DNA of 64,000 nt. It comes from Ruditapes philippinarum (Eukaryota). The stretch lies in assembly GCF_026571515.1 (NCBI RefSeq), contig NW_026855269.1:62001-126000 (forward strand), read 5' to 3'. Below the pieces are notes generated by a model. It made no database searches. It was not told the DNA's origin and saw only the letters and a program-made list of their open reading frames with translations. Below are positions 53,100 to 64,000 of the stretch, one piece after another; the stretch's first letter is position 1; every line of letters starts with the position of its first letter. The position numbers were made by a program, and so were the translations under genes.

Positions 53100-56000
53100 T
53101 TAACCAACAATTTGTGACGAATGTCCAGTCCCATTAAAGTTATTGTAGTAATGTCCGATCATTGTGAGAGTGGAGGAATCATTGTGCAGAAGACTAGCAG
53201 CGGGAGTTATGAATCCACCATCAAATATTCGCTTAACTCTCGCCATAAACCATGAATACCTGCAATAATAAGATACGTTAGTTTTATTTCTTAATATTTA
53301 ATTATATGTGACATTGAAAAATCATCATAGTATTTATCGCTGTTACTCGGCTCGAACTTTTTGCGGTCCAACAAAATGTTATAGTTTCCACTAAGGAGGT
53401 CAATGTACTGTTTGTAGGACGGCTGTGGTCATCGTGAGTATCAAATTATTTAAAAGCTAACTGACACTTTTTTAATCTAGATGTAAAACGTTTGTATCAG
53501 GTATAATATTTAGGAAAAAGATAACAATTTTGATTTTATTTGTTTCCATATTGTACACGAGAATGCAAATCTTTTTCTCTGAATATAAAATTTCATTGCA
53601 ACGAGTAAGTGCTTAAATACATGTGTTATTATTTTTGCTCACAGAAAGAATTTGATAGTGAAGTCAAAAATGATAAATGTTCGTTTAAAAAATAAATCAA
53701 TTTCATTAACTCTCAATTTTGACCTTTGATTGCGACGATTTTAGGGTCATTTTCATAAGAAGAAGAAGAAATAGTTTATTTCGGTAACTTATACATGTAC
53801 AGTATCTCGTTACATACAATAATTACAAATATAATGATTCTGTGGTCACATGACAAAAGCAAAGAAAAAAATAATCAGAAGAACATAAAAAGTTTTAACT
53901 GATGACATTCTAACAGAGAACAGACAGCTGCAAATAAAGAAACAAAGAACATCACAATTTCATTATCATTCATAGAAATAAAAAGTTCCAGTAAGAAGAA
54001 AAACACCAAAAAAAACAAACAGAAAAGACGTGACAATAACATACATTTATTTGTTCTACTTTATTTACTGTCAAACCGTTTTGAGAATAACAATTACCTG
54101 ATAACAATTATAGATTGTTAAGAAAAAAAAAGAGAAAAAAATAAAAATCCCGATTGAATGTCCAAAACGTCAAAATTGAAACTGTTGTAGGCTCGGTTTG
54201 ACTAAGCCGGTTCAAGGACAGTATTGGAAAAGCAAGGTGTTTCTGCGCCCGATAGGACCGGTCCAAACAGAATTGAAACATGAAATGGTAAAATTTTGAG
54301 AAAAAAAAACATCCGCAGATGTGTTTGACAGAGTACTTATTACTTCATCGCCAAAGGTTCATGCATATGTTTTGTGATAAAATCAATTTACCTTTGTGAG
54401 TACAATGTAGTAATGGTAAAAACAATGTATTTGTCGAATGTTTCTTTATTGGATTCTATTATAGTTCACTAAAACTCATTTTTATTACCTTAGCACATAA
54501 GGTGCCGCCTCAAGTTTCGGTAACAGAGTTTTCATCAGATGCAGTTGTTGGTGTTCATCCGTAGATTTTGGACACGCAAACTCCGTGAGCCAAATTTCTT
54601 TATTGTATCTATGATACAGCTTTTCTAAATACGACATGATGTGATTGGCATTACAGCTATACGCATGCGCAGCTACATAATCAATACGACAGCCATTGCA
54701 TACACGAAAGAACTCATCCAACCACACAAAATTATGATGTGCCGGGGCAGGACTTAGGATTGGTTTTCCATGAGAGTGTTTTTCAATTTCTGGCCAAAGA
54801 TCAGCTACCTGTTGGGCAGACATATTTGTTTGGACGGCTTGGTCGGGTTCGTTCAAAACTAGTACATACGGTGCGTTGCTTGAAATATTCATGTGTATTG
54901 CGCCATTCCATCTAGATTTCCAAATCAGTGGAATGAATTCAGGCATGTACTGAAAAGAGTGAGGACATGCCTGAGTCACAGTCTGGTGGTAAGTAGTGAG
55001 GTCGTTTTTATAGTCATACCTGAAAGAAAAATCAAATAAACATGACGTGGTCCGCCCCTGTCTTGTATTTGTGAATTCACTTAATTGCCTACCATGGGTA
55101 ATGCATTACCTCCACTTTGAAGAGTATTCAAATAGAATATAGAATAGAATATATTGAAATTGAAGGGCGTGGGTTCAAACCCCAGTAGGGGCAACTTTTT
55201 TTTTTCTTTCTTTTTTTTCTTTTTAACATTATTTATGTATCTCTCTGATCCCTTGTGGAAGAAAAAAGGGTTTGATTTAAATTATATAATTATTGTAGGT
55301 ATTTATTCGCTAAATAATGCCAAAATTTATGGCAAATATGATACCAGATATTTTCAAAGTTTGATAAAATAAACACTTCACGGTAAAAGTATTTTATATT
55401 TCGCATGATCAACCAATATACCTTTAAAAAATTTAGGCAAACTTTGAAAACAGCCCCTTATTATGATAAATTTTAGGGATATTTTGAATAAGGCATTTTA
55501 GATAGGGAAATGGTAAAATTAGTGTTTAAAGTGGGTGGGGTAGAGTAACATTTTTATACATAATAAGAACATTTTGTTTAGAATCAAACATTTTGCTTGT
55601 GTAATTTGTAACCTGAATGTCATTATTTGTTTCTTAACAATGAGCAACAGAAAAACATTTTTTATAATGATGATATTACAGATTATTTAGAGTTTCCTCA
55701 TTTATGAAAATAAGCCCTTCTAATGGCAAAGTCTTAGTTCAGAAATATATCCATAACTCATAAACCGCACGGTAAATTTTATTTAAATTTTGCATACAGG
55801 TGACCTTGAAGACATATAACTGTCCTATGTTGTCAATTTTACAGTTCCTTGTGGTGCCCATTACCCATGGTCTACCTTTATCAAGAAACGAGAAAAAATG
55901 TACATAATCTACAAATAAAGAGGAAGTTAACAACGGACACTGTAATTATGTAGTCTGATGACACATTTACTAGTCAGAAAAAGATTGAATCTTCAATGTG

Positions 56001-56206
56001 AATGAAAATTTTTAAAAAAAAGAATAAATGATGTACAAATATAAAACATTTGCCTACCACCAAGCGATATTGTTAAGATTTTTGAAATCGTCACACAATA
56101 GTCCCGTAGCCCACGCAACGACGCCTTTCTTTTTAGATCCACATGTAAACCCTGCGTACAAAATTACGCTTAATGAACAAACTAGAAGAAACTTGTCCAT
56201 CGTCAT
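53100..56206 (-). CDS. Secreted GH128 putative beta-1,3-glucanase, copy 2 (279 aa). Exons 56206-56058, 55019-54489, 53259-53100
   Basis: Same exon sizes (149/531/160) as copy 1, with intact LNEPD and IWLTEF. Ends GHSSQIVG*. Confidence 0.9.
55091..55871. mobile_element. About 780-bp TIR element (MITE) in intron 1 of GH128 copy 2
   Basis: accatgggtaatg / cattacccatggt inverted ends. Its length accounts for the intron size difference (1038 versus 252 bp in copy 1). Confidence 0.6.
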
Positions 56207-56371
56207 TTCGTTTTTTGTTGTTGTTTTATTGTGAACTACACGTATATTCTATAATATCTTTATAACAAATGATAGTCCGAAAGAAACTTTAACAAACCGA
56301 TAAGACATGTCAAAAAACGAGTGCATGTCAGTGTAAGTGGCCAAATACATGAATAGATACCGTCGTTACAA

Positions 56372-56570
56372 AGACGGGACACACGTCTCAGTTATATTTC
56401 TTCTTGGCGTTTTTTTAACACTTTAATCTTTTTAAACGATTTCTTTCTTTCCTAGCTGTAGGCGTTTTGAACATTTCTTTTCTCAAGTTTCTTCACGTTC
56501 TAGGCTTGTCCTCGTACAAGTTTCATTTGTGTTAGGTATTATAAATCAGTATTTTATTCCGATCTTGTTT
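56372..56570 (-). pseudogene. 5' remnant of a third copy of the 221-aa ORF
   Basis: agacgggacacacgtct, ggcgttttgaacat, tttcatttgtgttag and attccgatc occur in the same order as in 28240-28442. Confidence 0.6.
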
Positions 56571-58497
56571 ACTATATGCTCCACAAACAAGTGTTTTGAA
56601 ACATTACACTTCGACGAATTGCCCATTGGTCCCTTAAAGTATATCATATCTGTATACGGAGAAAAATACAAATAACCAAATATGTATAACAAAACATTCT
56701 TTACGTTAACAAGCATAACAAACACTTTGTTCTTTACGCGTTGTTTTACGATTATTTTCAGCAACGTTAGTCTTACAAACTATTCGCTACATTATAATAG
56801 ATTATTACCATTCTGGAGGTCCTTTTAACTAGCAATAGAAATTTCCAAATTTTATTCTGTACCACGCAATTTGTGATTACAATGTAATTGTATCCAGATC
56901 AAACTCTCTTCATTGGCCATATAGACATAAAGGCAGAATGAAAACTGTTTCATACAATTTCCTTAAGTATTCCGGAATCTTAGATAATTATTGAAACACA
57001 CAAAAATATTAAAAGAAAACCAAAAGGATGACGATATAGAGGGTTGTGACTACATCAGTCTAAAAAATCTCATTTTTACATCAAAATACTTATTTTCGAT
57101 TTTAAGTAAAGAGGTTAAATTCTTAAAAGACAATCTGTTTTTGCATTGTTTTAGGTAAAGAAAAAATACTGATCGCTCTATTTCTTTTTAAGTTTTCACA
57201 AAGCAGAATAATAAGGCCGCCTTTATTGTGAATTATCTTACCTTTGAAAGAAGCACAAAAAAGTTTCGAGTGAGAATAATTCAAAAAAGAGATCGTTGAC
57301 TCATATTGATTCCATTTAAAACGTTTATTTTCTCATATTTTTAGATCATGCAAACTTTATTGTGTGAAACAATTTTATCCTGTCTATCTAAAAAGAAGAG
57401 CAAACAATCGGGCAAGAAAATACATAATGTATCAAAAGTGGCTTAATGTATTTTAAGAAAACTATTTATCTAAAATTAAACCACAATTCAAGCATTGTAT
57501 AATTATTCAATGTGCTTACTAAGTATTTTGAATAATATAAAATTCGGCCTTCAAACATTTATGATATATACACGTCCAATCATAAAATGTATAAAGCTTC
57601 CGAATCATTGTAAAATTATATACACGATTTAGCATTAACGAATTGATAAGGACATCTTAATTGCTAACTTTGCCATTAGCGCCCTGTTTATGCACCAAAT
57701 ATGCGTAATATTGGATTAAATAAGGCTTTGAAATTATATAAAAACAATGCCCCATTGTTTAGTCCTTATTTTTAATCATAATTTTTGTGTTATGAATATC
57801 AATTGTGATACCAAAGTATGAATTTTAAATCCAGATTTGAATAGGATCTTACTGAAGACAGAAATGAAAGTAAGTTTCGAGTATTATTTACATGTGTGTA
57901 AAAATAGATAAATACATTATATTAATGTGTGTATATATTTAAATATCTATAATTTCCATACTGTAACCATAGATCTTCTGTAATTATTTGCATTGTAATT
58001 GAATATTTTACTTGTTCCATTATAATTGTATAATTGTAAAAATGTGCTCTTCTTTTGGAGGAAATAAAGATATTATTATTATTATTTTGTTTTATAATTT
58101 ATTGATTTATTTTATATTTTTTATTATCATTTAGTTATTTATTTATTTTGCATGCAATTCCATCTTCTCTTGTTTTTGGTGTGTTTTTTTCGTTGTTGTT
58201 ATGTTTTATGGTGTTTTTTGTGTGTGGGGGTATATAAGTGGGTTTTTTCTGAACGAATATCACAATTGCTATTAACAACTATTAATTGTCAACATTTTTG
58301 TAAATGCTTCATTAGATTTCCAAGGTACCTTTATATTGAAAGAAAATGCATTTGAAAAAGACACAGTGATACGAAAAAAGTACTAGTCACTGAATGACTA
58401 AATTGTATTGTTTGCATTCCTATATTCCTTTGAATGAGTATTTTGCTTTTTCGTTCATGCAAACATTAATTTTATTTTATATTTTTTATATTTCCAG

Positions 58498-61400
58498 ATG
58501 TTATGTTATTTAGCTATCTTGGTCATAAGCAGCACTTTCTCATATGTTTGTGGTTGTACTTGTGCTCCATTCGATCCAGAGATAGATTATTGCGCACGAA
58601 CCTCGGGATTTGGTGCGTTTTCGTTTGAATTGAAATCTTCTTAGAAGTTATGGTCTTGTGGTATATCAACATATCGTTTTGTTTCGCTTGTTTTGTTAGT
58701 TTTTTCACTGATGTCTTTCCGATTTAGAAACAATTTTGTCATATCGATCCAACTCTTACTGGCTTTCTTAGATAACAGATAAGTTATTACCAATTTCTCC
58801 GTAAGTGACCGACTACAAATCCAACATAATTGGCGAGAGACAAATAGGCATTAGACTAAATTTTCGAAATCAGTTGTTATATTATAAGTCAAATAATAAC
58901 ATGGTGTACTTATGATCTGTAGCCGAAATACAAAGGTAAAAAGCCATAGTATTTATAATTTGTGGCTGAAATACAAAGCTAACACATCCATACGTTTTTA
59001 AGATACACCCAATCAAGACATTGGGGGACAATGGGGAACCTTAATATTAAAACGCATTATGTTTGAAGAGGTTCCTAATTATTTCTAATAATGTAACTTT
59101 TTCGTCACTTATATTACCTTTGTTTATTTACTTTTTATCACCAATTTTGTTTAAATTTGTATTTGTTATGCATGTAATTTTGACTTGCCGCAAAAATTGT
59201 ATTCATATCTGATTTTGCCACATGGGTCTAAGATATTCCGGGTGAAAAATAAATAAACGTATACATGTACTATCTAAAGCAAAATAATTATTGTTTGTAA
59301 TGGCCTTCATTTCTTGATTATTTTAGCTGCTGTGTTTAAAATCAAAGGCAATGGTACTGTAGAAGGGTTTCAACTTGCCTATAATGTTGATATACTTTAC
59401 AAGTACGTTTTTGAGGTAATAATCATTTTCAATAAAAATGTTATGAGAAAATATATACATGCACAATTTAATTATATAAAGCATTGAGGTGTCTATTATA
59501 TCTATAGTGTTGTAAATATTTCACTCTTAATTTTATTGAGTTTCCTGTTGGAGCAGTTCCATTTCAAATGCAGGGAGTAAGAAGAAATAAAAAGTAAGCG
59601 TACTCTAAAGGAGAAAACAATGGGCGGAAATAAAATATATTTATGTGTAAATCAATTCTGTTTTATGTCCAGACAAAATAACGAATTTACTTGGTACAAA
59701 AAATTCAAAGAAAGTATTACGTTTTCAATTATAAGGTCATAAAATTTGGAATTGTTCTAAATGTTCTATTGTGTTCCAGGCTCCTGGTGAAACTGTGAAC
59801 ATAGATCAGTTATTTACTGCTACATCTGGATCTATGTGTGGAATTCGCTTACGTCCAGATAGTTTCTATATCATCACGGGTAAATGAAGATTTTTTTTTG
59901 AACATTTGAATTATACCACATCAAAGATAAAGAGGATATTGAATAAGTGTAGGTTCAGTACTGAATTTATTGAACAAGTTGAATATAGTTATATCACGCA
60001 AGCCTCTGGCGACTATAATATTACTTAAAAGAATAAGTTCAATAAAAATTTAGTAATGAACCTTCACGAATATAATATTTTATTTATCACATATCATCCA
60101 AAATAACAACTGTTACTACGGTGAAAAGAAATGGCTAAGAACGCACTTAAATTGCAACGTTAACATGCAGCGCGTCTTTATATGTTTGTATAATGCAAAT
60201 GACCACTTTAAAACATATGAACTTCGACTATAATATTACTTTACAGAATGGGTTCAATGAATTTAGTAATGAACCTTCAAGGATATAATATTTTATTTAT
60301 CACATATCATCCAAAATAACAACTGTTACTACGGTGTAAAGAAATGGCTTAGAACGCACTTATAGTGCAACGTTAACATTCAGCGCGTCTTTATATGTTT
60401 CTACAATGCAAATGACCTTACGTTAAAATATATGCACGGCCGTGCAATGCCATTTTACGGAGCCGCAGAAGCGGCAAGGATATGTGATAAATAACGATAT
60501 GAGAGTGAAACAAATGTGTGTGTGTTTTTTGTATATCATATAAATATACATTAGTAATGAACCTAAAATGACATTATGCAACAACATATCAATACAATTT
60601 TTCTGAATGCGAAGCTTTCAAAATAATATTTAGATCTCTCTTTCTATGCCAAGCATAGAAGTTGGTATCTCCTACGTAGAAGTTATCCTTTTTATAGAAC
60701 TTTATAAATTGGCACCAGTACGCACGCAGTCGTTTATACCTTTTGTTTTACATACGCTGTATCATCAATACAATCGTTTAAACCTTTTGTTTTACATACG
60801 TTGTGTCGTTAATACAGCCGTTTATTCTTTTTGTTTTACATATGTTGTGCCGTCAACAAAGTCGTTTATGCCTTTTGTTTAACATACGTTGTGCCATTTA
60901 TACAGTCGCTCATACCTTTTGTTTTACATACGTTGTGCCGTCAATACAGATTTTTTGTTTTGCATATGTTGTGCCGTCAATAAAGTCGTTTATACCTTTT
61001 GTTTACATACGATGTTCATCAATGAAGCGGTTTAAACCTTTTGTTTTACATACGTTGTGTCATTTATACAGTAGATTAAACCTTTTGTTTTACATACGTT
61101 GTGTCATTTATACTTAAAAGGTTGTCTATACCTTTTGTTTTACATACGTTGTATCATTAATGAAGCCGTTTAAACCTTTTGTTTTACATACGTTGTATCA
61201 TCAATGAAGCCGTTTAAATCTTTGTTTTACATATGTTGTGTCATGTATACAGTCGTTTAAACCTTTTGTTTTACATACGTTGTATCATCAATGAAGCCGT
61301 TTAAACCTTTTGTTTTACATACGTTGTGTCATTTATACAGTCGTTAAACCTTTTGTTTTACATAGGTTGTATCATCAATGAAGTCGTTTAAATATCTTGT

Positions 61401-61674
61401 TTTACATACGTTGTCTCATTTATTCAGTCGTCTATACCTTTTGTTTTACATATGTTGTGTCGTCAGCTTTTGTTTAACATACGTTGTGTCATCAATAAAG
61501 TCGTTTATATCTTTTGTTTGTTTTACAGGATATTTTGAAGTAAGACCCGATAAGCCTGCAAAAATGGTAACTGCACTATGTTACACACAAGACTACTTCA
61601 AAGAGAGTCCTGTCGTAAATGGTGACCCACCGCCGTGCGAGAGATCTGACAAATATGTTGAATTTTCTGAATGA
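58498..61674 (+). CDS. Secreted single-domain TIMP/NTR-like protein, type B4 (149 aa). Exons 58498-58612, 59327-59415, 59780-59879, 61529-61674
   Basis: MLCYLAILVISSTFSYVCG-CTCAPFDPEIDYCARTSGF|AAVFKIKGNG...|APGETVNIDQLFTATSGSMCGIRLRPDSFYIITG|YFEVRPDKPAKMVTALCYTQDYFKESPVVNGDPPPCERSDKYVEFSE*. Canonical CTC start and six Cys. Confidence 0.9.
59950..60495. mobile_element. Intronic insertion with an internal tandem duplication of about 215 bp and inverted motifs
   Basis: cgactataat...aatgcaaatgacc occurs at about 60010 and 60226. atttatcacatatc and gatatgtgataaat are inverted copies. Confidence 0.5.
60725..61520 (+). repeat. About 44-bp minisatellite (about 18 units) abutting the exon-4 acceptor of B4
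   Basis: Unit ttttacatacgttgt(a/g)tcat(caatgaa/ttataca)g(c/t)cgtttaaaccttttg. Confidence 0.92.
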
Positions 61675-62310
61675 TGAATATAATACATTTGTAGCACTGC
61701 ATTAAAAAGTAAAATATTATACTCGTATGCCTTCAATACACTTATATATAAAAATATATTATAGATATTGATTTTAGTCTAATAAAACCATTAAGATCAT
61801 TTTTTAGCAATTTGATTGCTTTCATTTTTTAGCAATTTGATTGCTTTCCGATGAAGCGATGTTTCGGCGCAGTCCGGTGCCTTTCAGTCTTTGTATGCAT
61901 AGAATAGAAGTATTTAGAGCAGGTATTTGTAGATAATCAAAATCCGTCAAGAAATAACCAATGTATGCCAAAAAGTGTAGGTTTATAAGTGCCTCGGAGT
62001 GTATATAGTATACGTCAAAAAAATATTTTTTTATAAAATATGGTCCAGTGACCTACATCGTCCAAATTCTTATAATAAACACTATATTTCACTGTTTTTA
62101 CACATTGTTTTTTAAGCTCTATCATGAAATTATTGTTACAGGTTTATTGGCAAAAGCTATCTACAAAAAGTCATCAAAACGTATCATGCTTTCACTGGCC
62201 TATGCAATGTTGATTAAGTATGATTGTTATACGAACAGCAAGTGTTTGCAAATATTTTCATCTTGTGGGTAGATTTCAAATACCGAAGATATTGCCTTAC
62301 GAAACTGTTT

Positions 62311-64000
62311 TCATTGGTTGAACAAAGAGATTTCTTCTTCTATTAAATCTTTAAGTTCATCGATACAGTCATCATCCTTGTTTTCAAGTAGATTTACGGT
62401 CGGATTGAAATACTCCCCTATGTGTCGTTTATGTAGACGATGTGCAAACTCTTGTAAAAAGTTCAGATAGCGGTTGGCTAGTTCTTCTTTGTACCAGTAT
62501 TCATCCTTTGGTAAAATTTCACACAGCCACAAAAGTGTTGTCTGAAAGTCAAATTTATGTCCTACATATAATATTATGTATTAAATTGTATATGAATCAC
62601 ATTTTATGTTTATCAAAAATGCTGATAAGAATAAGTAAAGATTGTTTGAATTTATCTTGTATGTAATCTTACAGACCGATGTTGACATGTAGAAAGAGAC
62701 GAAGAACCAGATTTAAAAAAACTAAATACCTTTAATAGGTACGAGGAAATTTCTTTTAATCCGGTCGATTTTGACTTCCATTGCATCAACTTCTTTTTCA
62801 TAATTCTAAGGCATGCCTTGCGCCACGTGTTTGCGTCATCAATATCTCTCAAAAGTTCATTTTCGCAGTTTGCATACGAAATTTTCCAGTATTTATCTCC
62901 TTTAGGCACCAAATATATCTGCTGACATTTCACAATGTCTATTTTTTCTTTCGTGAGCCACTTTTTAGTGTCGCGTCTTGGCCACCCAAAGTCTGTGACA
63001 CTTATTATCTCATTTGATAAGGTTAATTTTGGAGTTATATCTACGGAAATATTTGGCCCGTCGTCCTGTTGGATTGTCAGCGTTACAGCCGGACCTCTAG
63101 CACCACGGTTTAAACTAACTGCATCAAGTCCTGAAATTTACATTTTTGGTATGCAAAGAATGGATAATAACAGTGGAAAATGAAAGAAATTTGGGGGACA
63201 TTTGTTCTGGTTGAAATAAATATACGATATGTTTACAATTTGAGCACTTCAGATATGCCATATGAACTTTTTACACAAGTGACGATTATGTAACCACTTA
63301 CGCTATCAGAATAAAGTAAACATACCATACACAGCATTATTGACAAAGTCGTGAAACTCGGACAGGAGATAGTATGGCAAAATCATCGTCCGTTTTCTAT
63401 CCGGTACACAGCAATTTGGAAATCTTGAATTAACCCGCCGAGAAACATAAACAGCTTTAAAGCCATCAGGCACGTAGGGTTCGTTAGGGTTTGGACGTAA
63501 GGATCTCCTCTCATTTGGAAAATATCGCTTCCCTGTGTGTACGAAGGTCGATGGAATCTAGTATAGTAATGAATTATTAGCGTTTAAAACTTCAGCATAT
63601 GAGTGTAAATTTCTTTTGGATAAATGAATATAGATATGAAGAAGAATTAAAGTAACAGCTTATTAATTTGTTTACAAACTTAATGGAAATGCATTAATCA
63701 ATAAGTTCGGAGAAAAACTGAATTTTTTTTTTATCATAAATCAATTGAACAAATCTAAAATGAAAATGACAGTTTAAAAATGTATTACGTTTACTTTATT
63801 TCTATCATGACTGTCAATGTCATCCCATTCGAATTCGAAGTCAACCGGCTCATCACTTAGTTCTAGTTCTTGACAATTGATTAGGATATCAACACTATAG
63901 TCTAACTCTTCTGCTTTTCCTACTTTTACTCCAACAGCATATGAACCTTCGGTGGTAGCCTCCTTTGAAAAACGAGCTCTGTTTTCTCTTTTATTTAGAA
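62311..64000 (-). CDS. cGAS-like receptor (Mab-21 family nucleotidyltransferase, cGLR), 5' end beyond the window. Exons >64000-63795 (or 63789), 63557-63326, 63130-62730, 62541-62311
   Basis: EGSYAVGVKVGKAEELDY (GS...ExD), GPAVTL...ISVDITP (third acidic residue), WP...W, LVPK, WKISY...E, SSYLLK|TTLLW and YFNPTVNLL are Mab-21/cGAS motifs. Splice phases are consistent and there are no internal stops. Confidence 0.9.

Noticed and set aside
60725-61520. CRISPR-like array, or coding repeat ORFs 60646-61117
   Set aside because: Units are contiguous with no unique spacers, no cas genes are present, and the array lies in a eukaryotic intron. The ORFs are repeat translations, and only the end of 61378..61674 is a real exon.

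Overview
AT-rich, intron-containing animal DNA; the repeat families suggest a bivalve mollusc. The ORF track is mostly noise, so I rebuilt the genes by hand from GT-AG splice sites. 1-8.5 kb: nested transposon debris, namely a LINE 3' end split by a 6.2-kb TIR element, plus three satellite-carrying Helentron-like (HINE) elements. 12-62 kb: a tandem cluster of eight short, secreted, single-domain TIMP/NTR-like genes. These are two intact basic type A copies, one type A pseudogene, one degenerate inverted copy, and four acidic type B copies with open frames. The type B genes sit in a cassette repeated about four times: [orphan coiled-coil ORF (-) | TIMP-like (+) | GH128 beta-1,3-glucanase (-)]. 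It contains two intact GH128 genes and one GH128 pseudogene. The last cassette ends tail-to-tail with a cGAS-like receptor (Mab-21/cGLR) whose nucleotidyltransferase motif is intact and whose 5' end lies beyond the window. Main observations: co-duplication of inhibitor and glucanase; divergence concentrated on the TIMP inhibitory ridge; four different lesions of the Cys1 warhead; stop codons created only by splicing; a 432-bp-arm foldback element in an intron; a minisatellite amplified from a splice acceptor; and a triple-nested DNA transposon. Functional statements are inferences from family knowledge, and no database search was run.
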